DNA of 63,581 bases, filler included. It is 5 parts of 5 records of this genome, joined end to end, with 100 filler letters (N's around TTAATTAATTAA, not from the genome) between each part and the next. Parts side by side here need not be neighbours in the genome. Positions count along the whole stretch, not along the records: positions 45,449 to 53,855 come from SRR20825010_35; positions 53,956 to 63,581 come from SRR20825010_37; 3 more parts are not named here. The stretch is one strand, 5' to 3'. Position 1 is the first letter of the stretch, and each line of letters begins with the position of its first letter. Below are positions 49,886 to 60,694 of the stretch, piece after piece. Under the pieces are notes generated by a model that was not told the DNA's origin, ran no database searches, and saw nothing but the letters and a program-made list of their open reading frames with translations. The position numbers and the translations under genes were made by a program.

Positions 49886-51007
49886 ATGATCAGTATTTGG
49901 GAGAAAGAATCGTTTATTTCTTATGACATCATCATTGTGGGTGCCGGAATCACAGGATTATCCACTGCGGCCAGTCTTAAAGAGAAGTCACCCAATCTTG
50001 ACATTTTAATTTTGGAGCGCGGTTTGTTGCCGACTGGGGCGAGTACCAAAAATGCCGGATTTGCATGCTTTGGAAGTATCTCTGAACTATCGAATGACCG
50101 AAAATTGCTTGGCGATGAGGGGATGGTGGAACTGGTAAACAAACGCTGGTCTGGTTTGCAAAAAACCATTTCCCGACTAGGGAAAGAACCCATCGGCCTG
50201 GAAGAAAAAGGTGGTTACGAATTGCTTGCGGAAGCTAACTCACCCTATTTAAAGGAGATGAACGAAATCAACTCGTTACTCAGTGGAACATTCCGAAAGC
50301 CCGTGTTTAATCAATACGACCAAAAACTCCGCTCTTTCGGTTTCACCAAAACGCATCATTTGGTTTTCAACTCTTTTGAAGGCCAATTACATACTGGAAA
50401 ACTTATCAAATCATTATGGGAATATTGCAATAAACTGGGTGTAAAAATCATCACTGGAGCAAAAGTAACTAGTCATTATGAATCCGAACATACGGTCGAT
50501 ATCCTCACTGACACACTGACCTTTAAGTCAAAAAAAGTCGTCTTCTGCACCAATTCTTTCACTACCGAATTGTTTCCCAATCAAATGGATATCACACCCG
50601 GACGAGGCATGGTTATGTTGATCAAACCATCAAAACCACTCCGATTTGAAGGTACCTTTCACATGCAGGAGGGCTACTACTATTTTCGGGATTTCAAAAA
50701 TATGCTCCTCTTTGGTGGGGGTCGAAATGTGGACTTTGAAGGTGAAAAAACAACCCGATTCGGAATAAATGAGAAAATACAAGCCTCCCTTCATGCCCTG
50801 CTTGGCGAGGTGATTTTACCTGAGTGCAACTACGAAACAGAGATGGTCTGGTCAGGGATAATGGCCTTTGGCAGAACAAAGCAACCAGTGGTGGAACAAC
50901 TAAACGATCGTGTGTATGTAGGTGCTAGATTAGGGGGAATGGGTGTTGCTATCGGCAGTATGGTGGGCGAAGAACTGGCCAATCTGGTTTTAGAATCTTC
51001 ATTGTGA
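49886..51007 (+). CDS. FAD-dependent oxidoreductase (DAO family)
   Basis: IVGAGITG, GASTKNAG and LGGMGVAIG motifs. Confidence 0.92.
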   Translation: MISIWEKESFISYDIIIVGAGITGLSTAASLKEKSPNLDILILERGLLPTGASTKNAGFACFGSISELSNDRKLLGDEGMVELVNKRWSGLQKTISRLGKEPIGLEEKGGYELLAEANSPYLKEMNEINSLLSGTFRKPVFNQYDQKLRSFGFTKTHHLVFNSFEGQLHTGKLIKSLWEYCNKLGVKIITGAKVTSHYESEHTVDILTDTLTFKSKKVVFCTNSFTTELFPNQMDITPGRGMVMLIKPSKPLRFEGTFHMQEGYYYFRDFKNMLLFGGGRNVDFEGEKTTRFGINEKIQASLHALLGEVILPECNYETEMVWSGIMAFGRTKQPVVEQLNDRVYVGARLGGMGVAIGSMVGEELANLVLESSL

Positions 51008-51055
51008 GAATTTTGAATTAATTTTCTGGTTAGCAAACCTTATAAAAATCACTTA

Positions 51056-52549
51056 ATGTCTGCAAAAAGAGCTCCGTCACTCCTCGAATCATTCATACCC
51101 ATTTTCTTTTTGATTATCCTGCTCAGCCTGAATGTGAGCATTTTCGGAGATGCGGCGCTTGATGGGTCCAACCAAATCATTCTCATTCTTTCCGCCGGAT
51201 GTGCTGCTCTGGTCGCTGGTCGATTGGGTTTCAAGTGGGGAGAGATTGAAAAGGGAGTCGTGAAAAGCATTAGTTCGGCCATGGCAAGCATACTTATCCT
51301 TTTGCTTATTGGTTCTCTGGCAGGCAGTTGGCTATTAAGTGGCGTGGTGCCGGCCATGATCTATTACGGGCTCAAAATATTAAATCCAACGATTTTTCTT
51401 TTTGCCTCATGCGTTGTTTGTGCAATTGTTTCCATGGCCACAGGCAGTTCCTGGACCACCTCGGCAACCGTCGGTATTGCGCTCATGGGTATTGGACAGG
51501 CATTGGGTCTTTCTCAAGGCCTCATAGCAGGCTCTGTGTTATCGGGAGCTTACTTCGGTGATAAGATGTCACCCCTTTCCGACACTACGAATCTTGCTCC
51601 GGCTATGGCGGGAACCGATCTATTCACACACATTCGATACATGTCAATCACCACAGTTCCATCCATTGTTATCACTTTGATCTTGTTTCTGATCATCGGA
51701 TTCAATCTGGATTCATCGGGCACGGTAGATCAGACTAAAGTTATTCTTGCGGCCATTGATGATAAGTTTTTCATAACACCATGGCTTTTCATTGTTCCGG
51801 CCGTGGTTATCTTTTTGATTGTAAAAAAGGTTCCGGCCATTCCGTCGCTGCTGGCTGGCACTTTGCTTGGAGCCCTTTTCGCCTTGATTTTTCAGCCAGA
51901 CATAGTCATTGAAGTCGGAAATAGTGCAAGTGCCTACGGCAAATTGCTGGATTATTTCCAAACGGATTTTCCGTTGTTTGTTGGCCTCTTCCTTGGCACG
52001 ATGCAATCACTTTTTGGGGATGTGAGTATCGGAACTTCCAATGATCTAGTTACTGACCTGTTAAGTTCTGGAGGAATGAAAGGCATGCTAGGAACCATCT
52101 GGCTCATCTTGTCAGCCATGATCTTCGGTGGGGTAATGGATAAATCAGGAATGCTTAAACGAATAGCAGCGGCCATCATTAGCCTGGTCAATTCCACAGG
52201 AAACCTAATCGCATCTACAGTAGGCACTTGTTTCTTTTTTAATGTGACTGCCTCCGATCAGTATCTGGCCATCGTGGTGCCAGGAAGAATGTATGCTGAT
52301 ATTTATGAAAAGAAGGGACTTGCACCTGAGAATTTGAGCAGAACGCTGGAGGATTCAGGTACTGTTACTTCTGTACTTGTGCCCTGGAATACCTGCGGCG
52401 CATACCACTCCCAGGTACTGGGGGTTTCCACCCTTGCTTTTGCACCTTATTGTTTTTTCAATTTGATTAGTCCGTTCATGACCATGTTTGTTGGTTATAC
52501 CGGGTATAAAATCAAGAAATTAATCCAACCGTCATCGAAAAAAGCTTGA
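51056..52549 (+). CDS. nhaC: Na+/H+ antiporter NhaC family
   Basis: TGSSWTT, SGAYFGDKMSPLSDTT and SRTLEDSGT...LVPWN motifs. Confidence 0.93.
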   Translation: MSAKRAPSLLESFIPIFFLIILLSLNVSIFGDAALDGSNQIILILSAGCAALVAGRLGFKWGEIEKGVVKSISSAMASILILLLIGSLAGSWLLSGVVPAMIYYGLKILNPTIFLFASCVVCAIVSMATGSSWTTSATVGIALMGIGQALGLSQGLIAGSVLSGAYFGDKMSPLSDTTNLAPAMAGTDLFTHIRYMSITTVPSIVITLILFLIIGFNLDSSGTVDQTKVILAAIDDKFFITPWLFIVPAVVIFLIVKKVPAIPSLLAGTLLGALFALIFQPDIVIEVGNSASAYGKLLDYFQTDFPLFVGLFLGTMQSLFGDVSIGTSNDLVTDLLSSGGMKGMLGTIWLILSAMIFGGVMDKSGMLKRIAAAIISLVNSTGNLIASTVGTCFFFNVTASDQYLAIVVPGRMYADIYEKKGLAPENLSRTLEDSGTVTSVLVPWNTCGAYHSQVLGVSTLAFAPYCFFNLISPFMTMFVGYTGYKIKKLIQPSSKKA

Positions 52550-53130
52550 TACAACGCACATTTATTTCAAAAGAGGAAGTTCAATCACTAGACATTGTCC
52601 GGTTCGATGGAGTCATTGAAATCATTGACACGAAAGAAGAATTAACGGAACTACTGAACATACTCCGATTTGAAGAATTCCTTGGTTTCGATACCGAAAC
52701 AAAACCGAGTTTTTCCAAAGGGGAATACTACGACCCGGCGATTATTCAAATTTCCACTATCGACACAGCCTACCTGATTCGTATTCAAAAAACAGGTTTC
52801 ACCAACGATCTGAAAAATTTTCTGGAAGATACACGAGTGAAAAAAATAGGAATCAGTATTCGGGACGATCTGAAAGACATGCGAAAAGTGCGGGAATTTA
52901 CCCCCGGGGGGTTTCTGGATCTAAATGCGATTTCCGATCGGTTGGGCATCCGGCAAATTGGAGTCAAAAGCCTTACAGGTATTTTCCTAAACAAACGAGT
53001 CAGCAAAAGCCAACAAACCTCCAACTGGGAAAACAATGAGCTTACCCCTGCGCAACAAGTCTATGCCGCCACAGACGCCTGGATATGTCTGAAAATATAT
53101 CAGGCACTACAACAAAGAGGTTTTGTGTAA
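52546..53130 (+). CDS. 3'-5' exonuclease (DEDDy)
   Basis: GFDTETKP, SNWE and YAATDAW motifs. Confidence 0.92.
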   Translation: MIQRTFISKEEVQSLDIVRFDGVIEIIDTKEELTELLNILRFEEFLGFDTETKPSFSKGEYYDPAIIQISTIDTAYLIRIQKTGFTNDLKNFLEDTRVKKIGISIRDDLKDMRKVREFTPGGFLDLNAISDRLGIRQIGVKSLTGIFLNKRVSKSQQTSNWENNELTPAQQVYAATDAWICLKIYQALQQRGFV

Positions 53131-53197
53131 ACAATAAAAGGCCTTTTCTAACAACTCATCATCTAAACGGTTAGTAGGTTAACTTACCGAGCATGTC

Positions 53198-53855
53198 ATG
53201 AGAATACTACTAACAGGAGCTACTGGTTACATTGGGAAAAGATTACTTCCGCTACTCGTCCAGCATAATCACACCGTAATTTGCTGTGTGCGAGACAAAA
53301 CCCGCTTTGCTCCCCCAAAAAGTATCGCTAATAGTATTGAAGTGCTGGAGGTAGATTTCTTGAATAAAGATTCCCTTTCACAAATCCCTACCAACATTGA
53401 TGCGGCCTATTATTTGATTCACTCCATGTCTTCGGCTTCAGCATATGAGGAATTGGAGGAGCGCTCGGCCATTAATTTTCGCGAGCAAATCAATACTACC
53501 CGTGCAAAACAGGTGATTTATCTGAGCGGAATTGTAAATGAAGACAGCTTATCAAAGCATTTGAGTTCAAGGAAAAATGTTGAAGACGAACTAGGAAAAG
53601 GTTCTTACCACTTAACTACGCTGCGCGCCGGAATTATTATTGGCTCGGGTAGTGCTTCATTCGAAATCATACGGGATTTGGTCGAAAAACTCCCCGTAAT
53701 GATAGCCCCAAAATGGCTACACACCCGATCACAACCAATAGCTATTACAGACGTCATTCTTTTTCTTCACGGCAGTCTGCTCAATGAACAAACCTTCGGC
53801 AAAAACTATGACATAGGTGGCCCTGATGTGATGACTTATAAGGAAATGTTGCTTG
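53198..53855 (+). CDS. NAD(P)-binding SDR-like protein (YbjT-like), 3' truncated
   Basis: TGATGYIG, YYLIHSM and GSGSASFE motifs. Confidence 0.9.
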
Positions 53856-53955
53856 NNNNNNNNNNNNNNNNNNNNNNNNNNNNNNNNNNNNNNNNNNNNT
53901 TAATTAATTAANNNNNNNNNNNNNNNNNNNNNNNNNNNNNNNNNNNNNNNNNNNN
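53856..53955. other. Artificial contig linker
   Basis: N-run + TTAATTAATTAA + N-run. Confidence 0.99.
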
Positions 53956-54547
53956 ATCTACTTTTATGGTAGAAATGAATGAAACCGCCTCTATTCTAAA
54001 CAACCTTTCTGAGCGCAGTTTAATTCTTTTAGATGAAATAGGAAGAGGAACCAGTACTTATGATGGGATTTCGATTGCTTGGGCAATTGCCGAATATATC
54101 CATGAGCACCCAGGGAAAGCAAAAACACTTTTTGCTACACATTACCATGAGCTCAATGAAATGACCGAAACCTTTTCTAGAATAAAAAACTACAATGTCT
54201 CTGTAAAAGAATTAAAAGACAATGTTCTTTTTCTTCGGAAATTAATCCCAGGAGGGAGCGAGCACAGCTTTGGAATCCATGTAGCAAAAATGGCTGGAAT
54301 GCCACAACAGGTAATTCATAGAGCTAATAAAATCTTAAAGAAATTAGAAAAATCTCATAGCAGTGAAGAGCTTACCGATAACCTAAAAGCATCTCAAAAT
54401 GAAATGCAATTGAGCTTTTTTAATTTAGACGATCCACTTTTACAAAACATAAAAGAAGAAATTCTGCATACCGATATAGACACACTAACCCCTGTAGAAG
54501 CATTAATGAAGCTAAATGAGATAAAAAGAATGCTTGTTAAGAAGTAG
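53956..54547 (+). CDS. mutS: DNA mismatch repair protein MutS, C-terminal fragment
   Basis: [36 protein letters not shown] and LTPVEAL motifs. Confidence 0.96.
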
Positions 54548-54594
54548 ATACTGTGGCAGTTAAAAAATAAATTGAATTCTTTTTCAAAAAAAGC

Positions 54595-54624
54595 TTTGGT
54601 TTTTATAGAATTATATTAAATTTG
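54595..54624 (+). promoter_or_regulatory. Bacteroidota -33/-7 promoter of the tRNA
   Basis: TTTG-N18-TAAATTTG. Confidence 0.7.
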
Positions 54625-54690
54625 CATCCGCAATCAGAGAGATACTGAGCGCTACAAAGACCAAGTGTTCTTTTATTTATTTAAACTAAT

Positions 54691-54766
54691 GCGAAAATAG
54701 CTCAGTTGGTAGAGCGCAACCTTGCCAAGGTTGAGGTCGCGAGTTCGAGCCTCGTTTCCCGCTCCA
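54691..54766 (+). tRNA. tRNA-Gly(GCC), apparently chimeric
   Basis: Cloverleaf with anticodon GCC at 54724-54726, a T-loop and CCA. The acceptor stem GCGAAAA/TTCCCGC has two A-C mismatches. Confidence 0.93.
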
Positions 54767-54773
54767 TTATTAG

Positions 54774-54812
54774 AACAGGGCCAGTGATGTAAATCACTGG
54801 CCCTGTTTTTTT
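54774..54812 (+). terminator. Intrinsic terminator after the tRNA
   Basis: AACAGGGCCAGTGAT-GTAA-ATCACTGGCCCTGTT followed by a T-tract. Confidence 0.9.
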
Positions 54813-54999
54813 AGGCCTTTTCCCCTGCTGCGAATCCTGTTCAGTTTGGCGATCCAAGCCCGGTTTGGTTCTCCTGTGGATCCCTGTCAAACCCACCGAA
54901 ATAGCCTATCGTGGTAGCCCCCTCCTTTTTTTCGATCTGATGTCAGAGGAAAATGAGTGATGAACTTGCTGCAAGCAGTCCACATGACTCCGGCCAAGC

Positions 55000-55278
55000 T
55001 TGCTCGTCACACTGCGCGAGTCCGATAATCTGGGGCGCTGGGGTGGTGAAGAATTTATTGTGCTGGCAGCCAACAGCACGCTGGATGATGGTGCCCAATT
55101 GGCAGAGCGTTTGCGAGCCCATGTCGAAGCTCTCGATTTTGGTGAGCTCGGCGGGGTCACGATCAGCGTGGGTGTCGCGGAATGGCGCAAGGGGGACACC
55201 CGAAAGGCACTGGTGGCTCGTGCTGATGAAGCCATGTATCGGGCCAAAAACAGTGGTCGAAACTGCGTTAAATGCTGA
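55000..55278 (+). pseudogene. GGDEF domain C-terminal remnant
   Basis: LRESD..GRWGGEEF and ADEAMYRAKNSGRN are present; the N-terminal D.D.FK..ND..GH half is missing. Confidence 0.75.
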
Positions 55279-55316
55279 GTGCCGGGCATTATTGAGCTGG
55301 CGGTTGGGGCAGGGGA

Positions 55317-58300
55317 TCAGGGCGGGTCCAGTATCTCGCGCAATTTTAGTGCCAGCTGCTCGCGATGATAGGGTTTGCTGATCAACTGCACGCCTTTATC
55401 CAGGCGACCATTGTGAATAATGGCGTTTTCACTGTAGCCTGAAGTAAACAATACTTTCATATCGGGATGGATGCTAAGCGCCTGCTCGCTAAGTTGTCGA
55501 CCATTGATACCTCCCGGCATCACAACATCGGTAAATAACAGTTCAATATCCTTGTGCTGTAGCAGGATATCTAATGCCTCCGCCCCGGACCGGGCAGCTG
55601 TGACCCGGTAACCGAGGCTTTCCAGCAGATTGGTGACATAGGTCCTCACCTGATCGTCATCCTCAACCGCCAGAATATGTTCTGATCCGCCTCTGGGCTC
55701 AATCTCCCGCGTTGCTTCATGGGGCTCCACGTCTGTTGTGGCCGCACGTGGAAAATAGAGTCTGATTGTGGTGCCTTCATTTTCTTCAGAATAAATCCTG
55801 GCATGCCCACCGGATTGTTTGACAAAGCCATACACCATACTGAGGCCGAGACCACTGCCTTTGCCCATCACTTTGGTGGTAAAAAATGGGTCGAAGGCCT
55901 GGCTGACAATATCGGCAGGCATGCCGGAGCCACTGTCTGATACCGATACCTGCACATAGTCACCGGCGATCACATCCACCTGGTCCTGCGTATAGGCCTC
56001 ATCCAGCAGCGTATTAGCTGTCTCTATCAACAGCCTGCCGCCCTCTGGCATGGCATCCCGTGCATTGATGGCCAGATTGAGCAGTGCCACTTCCAGTTGG
56101 CCAGGATCAATCTCGGTAGTCCAGAGCTCTCTGGTATCGACAAACGTCAATTCAATATCTTCGTTGAGAGCTCGCTTTAGTAATCCCAGAGTGTCGGTAA
56201 CCAGTTTATTGATATCCACCCGCCTGGGTTGCAATGCCTGGCGACGGGCAAAGGCGAGCAAGCGGTTGGTGAGCTCCGCTCCCCTCTCCGCTGCGGTGAC
56301 AGTCATTTCTGCCAACTGCTGCAGATCGGGTTGCTCATTGAGCTGTTCCTGCATGAACTCGGCGTTGCCCAATATCACAGTCAGCAGATTGTTGAAGTCG
56401 TGGGCAATACCGCCGGTGAGGTGACCGACCGCTTCTAATTTTTGTGACTGACGCAGCCGTTCATCCATTTCCCGCAGTTCGGTGACATCCACCATGCTGC
56501 CGACCATTCTTACAGCTTTGCCTGAGGTGTCGCGTGTAATAAAGCCGCGATCTACCACGGACAGCGCCTTGCCATTGGCGTGAAGAAACCGGTATTCACC
56601 CTGCCACGTGACGTCATCGCTGCTAAATACAGCATAGAGTTCCGCGAGAACATTATTGCGGTCATCCGGGTGAATATGCTCAACCCAGAACTGTAGCCCG
56701 TCAGTGATCTGTATCGGATCGTAACCGAACATGGTTATAAGGTTGTCGTTCCACCAGACGCCGTCGTGAGCCAGATCCCAGTCCCAGATCACATCGTTGG
56801 TGGCTTTGGTGACCAGTTGGAATCGCTCGTCACTCTGTCTGACAGCCTGCTCAGCCATTTTCCGGTCAGTAATATCCCGCTCTACTGCAACCCAGTGGGT
56901 AAACCAGCCGGTTTCGTCCGCCAGTGGGACAATGTCCATTTCCAGCCAGAACTCATCACCACTTTTGGTGTAGTTGATTAGTTCAGCACGCACGGGCTGC
57001 CAAAGGGTAAGGGCCTCCCGAATGCGATCCAGCTCTGCCCGCTGGGTTTTTGGCCCCTGCAGCAGGCGCGGTGTTTTGCCGATGACCTCCTCCCGGCTAT
57101 ACCCGGTGCGTCGCTCGAAGGCATCGTTGACATAGATGATTCTGGGCCCCTCGGGTTCATCCAGAGGTCTTGCTTCAGTGATCAGTAAAATGTCATTTTG
57201 CCGGGAGATGGCGGATTCCAGCAGTCGCAGGTGTTGCTCTCTGGCTCGCTCCTGGGTGACATCCTGAAAATAGATGGCGAGTCCTTCGATCGAGGGGTAG
57301 GCCTTTACCCGCAACCAGATATTCAGTTCGCTGTAACGTTCGGTAAACGTACGTGTCGTCTGTGTTGTAAGGGCCGCTTCATACTCGGTGCGGAAAGCAG
57401 AATCCGCGGCAGCCGGAAAGCACTCCCAGGCGTTATTGCCAATCAGTGCATCCCGGCGCTTGTTGAGAATTCGGCAAAATTCGTTGTTGACGAAGGTGAA
57501 ATTGAAGTCCCTGTCGAGGGTGAAGAAGCCATCGCTCATACTCTCCAGGGTCTGTTCCAACCGTTGGGATAACGTCTTCGATTGTTCCCGTGCGTTGATG
57601 TGATCGGTAATATCCTGGAAGGCGCCGCGCACAGCACAGATGTTTCCTTCGGCATCGTATTCAGCCTCACCGGTGCTGCGCACCCAGATGCGCCTGCCGG
57701 TGGCAGTAACTTTTGGCATAACCTCACTGAAGGATTCACCCCGTTCTGCGCAGGCATCAAAGATGCGTCGAAAGCGGTTGCGATATTCCGGCAGGTAAAA
57801 GTTGATGGCTTCCTGCAGTGTGGGTTGAAAGTCCGGCCCGACATCGTGAATGTCGGCGGTCTCTATTGACCATTTCATGGTTTTTGTCTGAAGGTCAAAA
57901 CGCCAGCCTCCCAAATGGGCTGCCTGCCCTGCAATCCGTTGCAGGCTGGAGGCCTCGGCCAATTGACTGTCGGCCAGAACCTGATCGGTAATGTTCTGTA
58001 CCACCCCGGTGAGCAGGCGTCCGTCGGCGGTATTGGCCAGTTCCCCCATGCCCTGAACATGCATAATGCTGCCGTCCGGTTTGGGGATTCTGTGACGAAA
58101 CTGCAGCGGCGTATCGGGTTTTTCCAGAAAACTGTTCAGCTCGTCTACCAGACCCTGCCGGTCATCCGGGTGTATTAATCCTAGGTAGGCATCAAAGCAG
58201 TGACCAAATTCCTCGGGGGCAATATCGTACATTTCGTAGATATCATCAGACCAACTGAGCACATCGCTGTCGAGATTGAGTTTCCATATGCCCAGCTTCA

Positions 58301-59279
58301 GCAGTCGTTTGGCCGTGCGCAGGCTGGCCCCCTGTTCCTGCAGGCGGCTGTTGGCAATTTTCAATTCGCGGGAGCGCAACAGGATATCCAGCTCCAGCTG
58401 GGCTTCATCATGTTCCTCAGTGGCAGTGGATCCCCGGGCTGTCAGTCGTCCCTCGGCCGAGTAGACAAAGTCGGTGACATCCTCGGTTCTGAGAATAATG
58501 AATGTGATTTGGCCATCGGTTCCCTTCAGGGGGGTATTGACACAACTCCAGAAGTGTTCGGCGAATCCGCCGCCCTGGTCTTCCGGGCGAGGGATGGGGT
58601 AGCGCTGAACCGGCAGAATATCGGACATGCCGGTTTCTTTAACTTGCTCCAGCGAGGCCCGAAGATTCCGGACGCCGTCTGCCATGCTGTCCGCGGGATC
58701 ATCGGGGAAAACATCGAACATTCGACGGCCCTTGATATCCTGCCGCCGGGTGCCTGTGGCATTGAGGTAGGCATCACTGGCGGCAACAATCCTGAATTCA
58801 TCGGGGGTCAGGACCAGAAACTGACCGGGCGCTGACTCGAACAGGGACTGAAACAGATGAGCCGAGGCTTCGGCCTCCTGCCGTAAGACCTGCTCCCGGT
58901 TCAGGTAGTTGGCCTGGTCCGCCTCCAGCGCCAGTAACCGCGTGACATCCCGGGCTGAGACCAGTTCGGCTTCGGTGCCACCATGGTCAAGTGTGTGCGC
59001 GGTGATTTCCACCGAGATAATATCTCCGGACTTGAGGCGGTGGCGCCAGATACCTGCATCATTAAAACCCGCAACCAAACTGGCGATGTTTTCGAGTAAC
59101 CCGGGAACATCTTCCGTCGGTCGAATATCCTTGATGGTCATGGCGAGGAACTCGTCCCGGGAATAGCCGTATTTGGCGATGGCGGCATCGTTGACGTCAA
59201 GAAAACGCAGGGTTTCCCGATCATAGATCCACATTGGATCCGGGTGGCAATTGAAGAGTACATCTCCGGGGATAGGCAT
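55317..59279 (-). CDS. Multi-PAS hybrid histidine kinase with C-terminal REC
   Basis: Several PAS/PAC repeats, [19 protein letters not shown] and [10 protein letters not shown]. The start at 59279 overlaps the upstream stop (TAATG). Confidence 0.93.
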   Translation of the reverse strand: MPIPGDVLFNCHPDPMWIYDRETLRFLDVNDAAIAKYGYSRDEFLAMTIKDIRPTEDVPGLLENIASLVAGFNDAGIWRHRLKSGDIISVEITAHTLDHGGTEAELVSARDVTRLLALEADQANYLNREQVLRQEAEASAHLFQSLFESAPGQFLVLTPDEFRIVAASDAYLNATGTRRQDIKGRRMFDVFPDDPADSMADGVRNLRASLEQVKETGMSDILPVQRYPIPRPEDQGGGFAEHFWSCVNTPLKGTDGQITFIILRTEDVTDFVYSAEGRLTARGSTATEEHDEAQLELDILLRSRELKIANSRLQEQGASLRTAKRLLKLGIWKLNLDSDVLSWSDDIYEMYDIAPEEFGHCFDAYLGLIHPDDRQGLVDELNSFLEKPDTPLQFRHRIPKPDGSIMHVQGMGELANTADGRLLTGVVQNITDQVLADSQLAEASSLQRIAGQAAHLGGWRFDLQTKTMKWSIETADIHDVGPDFQPTLQEAINFYLPEYRNRFRRIFDACAERGESFSEVMPKVTATGRRIWVRSTGEAEYDAEGNICAVRGAFQDITDHINAREQSKTLSQRLEQTLESMSDGFFTLDRDFNFTFVNNEFCRILNKRRDALIGNNAWECFPAAADSAFRTEYEAALTTQTTRTFTERYSELNIWLRVKAYPSIEGLAIYFQDVTQERAREQHLRLLESAISRQNDILLITEARPLDEPEGPRIIYVNDAFERRTGYSREEVIGKTPRLLQGPKTQRAELDRIREALTLWQPVRAELINYTKSGDEFWLEMDIVPLADETGWFTHWVAVERDITDRKMAEQAVRQSDERFQLVTKATNDVIWDWDLAHDGVWWNDNLITMFGYDPIQITDGLQFWVEHIHPDDRNNVLAELYAVFSSDDVTWQGEYRFLHANGKALSVVDRGFITRDTSGKAVRMVGSMVDVTELREMDERLRQSQKLEAVGHLTGGIAHDFNNLLTVILGNAEFMQEQLNEQPDLQQLAEMTVTAAERGAELTNRLLAFARRQALQPRRVDINKLVTDTLGLLKRALNEDIELTFVDTRELWTTEIDPGQLEVALLNLAINARDAMPEGGRLLIETANTLLDEAYTQDQVDVIAGDYVQVSVSDSGSGMPADIVSQAFDPFFTTKVMGKGSGLGLSMVYGFVKQSGGHARIYSEENEGTTIRLYFPRAATTDVEPHEATREIEPRGGSEHILAVEDDDQVRTYVTNLLESLGYRVTAARSGAEALDILLQHKDIELLFTDVVMPGGINGRQLSEQALSIHPDMKVLFTSGYSENAIIHNGRLDKGVQLISKPYHREQLALKLREILDPP

Positions 59280-60484
59280 TAACGAACCCCGTTGGTTGCC
59301 GGTGGGTTCGTCAGCCAGGCGAGTGTGGCGTCCGGAGGCATGGGCCGGCCAATAAAGTATCCCTGAGCTGTATCGCAACCAATCTCGGCGAGGAAGGACA
59401 GTGTCCATTGATCTTCCACGCCTTCGGCGGTCACCAGTAGCCCCAGTGCCCTGGCCAGGCCGACGATCGCCGCCGCAATTTTTTGTGATTCCTCGGACTG
59501 TGGTGCCGAGATGACAAACATTTTGTCAATTTTCATTTCCGAGAACGGCAATCGGGCCAGCTGAATCAGGGATGAGTAGCCCACCCCGAAATCATCGATC
59601 GACAGGCTGAAACCCTTGATACGGAACTGGGTCAGAAATTCCAGCATCATGATCGGATTTTCCATGCTACTGCTTTCGGTAATTTCAAGAACAATCTGTT
59701 CAGGGTTCAGTCCCAGCACCTGACACTGGGTCATCAGCCACTCGGATAGGCCGGCGTCAGCTATCACCCTGGCGGACATGTTCAGGGCGATGGTGGTATT
59801 GGTGCCACGAAACGATTCGGCAAACCAGCGAAGAGCTTGGCCAAATACCTGTCGGGTCAGCTCGCCGATCAGACCGGTATCTTCCGCCAGCGGAATGAAG
59901 CGGTCGGGCAAAATGATGCCGATATCGGGATGGTGCCACCGGGCCAGCGCTTCAAAGCCTATACATTTTCCCGTGGCGCAGGAGACTTTGGGCTGGTAAT
60001 AGACGCCTATTTGCTGCTCAGCCAGGCCCGCGGTGAGGGTCTGCCGGGTAACCTGGAATTCCTGTGGCCGGTTTTCGGGAGCCTTTAGGGGAGGCTGGTG
60101 GGTCTTGTCACTGAGCAGCTCGCGGAGTCGGTTGGGGGTAAAGGGCTTACCCAGCACCCCCGAGACATTGAGACCATTCTCTGCGGCGGCTCGACCCGCA
60201 GCCTCCAGCACCCTGTTTCCCAGACCGCTGGCAACGATCACGACGCCATCAAAGGCGATATCGGCCAGACGTTTCAGTATCTCGACACCATCCACTTCCG
60301 GCATGGCGAGATCAACTATCAGGTGTGAAGGGGCCCAATCTGCAACCAGGTGAAGAAACTCATCGGCACTGGTGGTGGCGCGGGCATCGTGACCGGCGCC
60401 TTTGGCAATGGTGCAGATGGTAAAGCTGACGTCGGCATCATCATCGAGTACCAACAGCCGTTTATCGGGGGGGCCTAATGTCAT
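59279..60484 (-). CDS. REC-EAL c-di-GMP phosphodiesterase
   Basis: VDLAMP; YYQPK, FEALARW, DDFGVGYSS and AEGVE motifs. Confidence 0.93.
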   Translation of the reverse strand: MTLGPPDKRLLVLDDDADVSFTICTIAKGAGHDARATTSADEFLHLVADWAPSHLIVDLAMPEVDGVEILKRLADIAFDGVVIVASGLGNRVLEAAGRAAAENGLNVSGVLGKPFTPNRLRELLSDKTHQPPLKAPENRPQEFQVTRQTLTAGLAEQQIGVYYQPKVSCATGKCIGFEALARWHHPDIGIILPDRFIPLAEDTGLIGELTRQVFGQALRWFAESFRGTNTTIALNMSARVIADAGLSEWLMTQCQVLGLNPEQIVLEITESSSMENPIMMLEFLTQFRIKGFSLSIDDFGVGYSSLIQLARLPFSEMKIDKMFVISAPQSEESQKIAAAIVGLARALGLLVTAEGVEDQWTLSFLAEIGCDTAQGYFIGRPMPPDATLAWLTNPPATNGVR

Positions 60485-60694
60485 TACCAGACCTTAATTA
60501 TTTGTAGGTTTGTCTGGCGGAGAGACCTGTCTGGCCAGAAAGATAATCCGTGATCAAATCCAACATAGTTCCAGCATGCGGTATTGTGAGGGTTGTTTCA
60601 AGCCCGCTTGAAAGGCCCCCAGTTTCCAGAGATACGATGGTTGTTGACCGCAGGATGACTGTCGGTTTCCTGGGGTTGAGGTAATCGTGATTCA

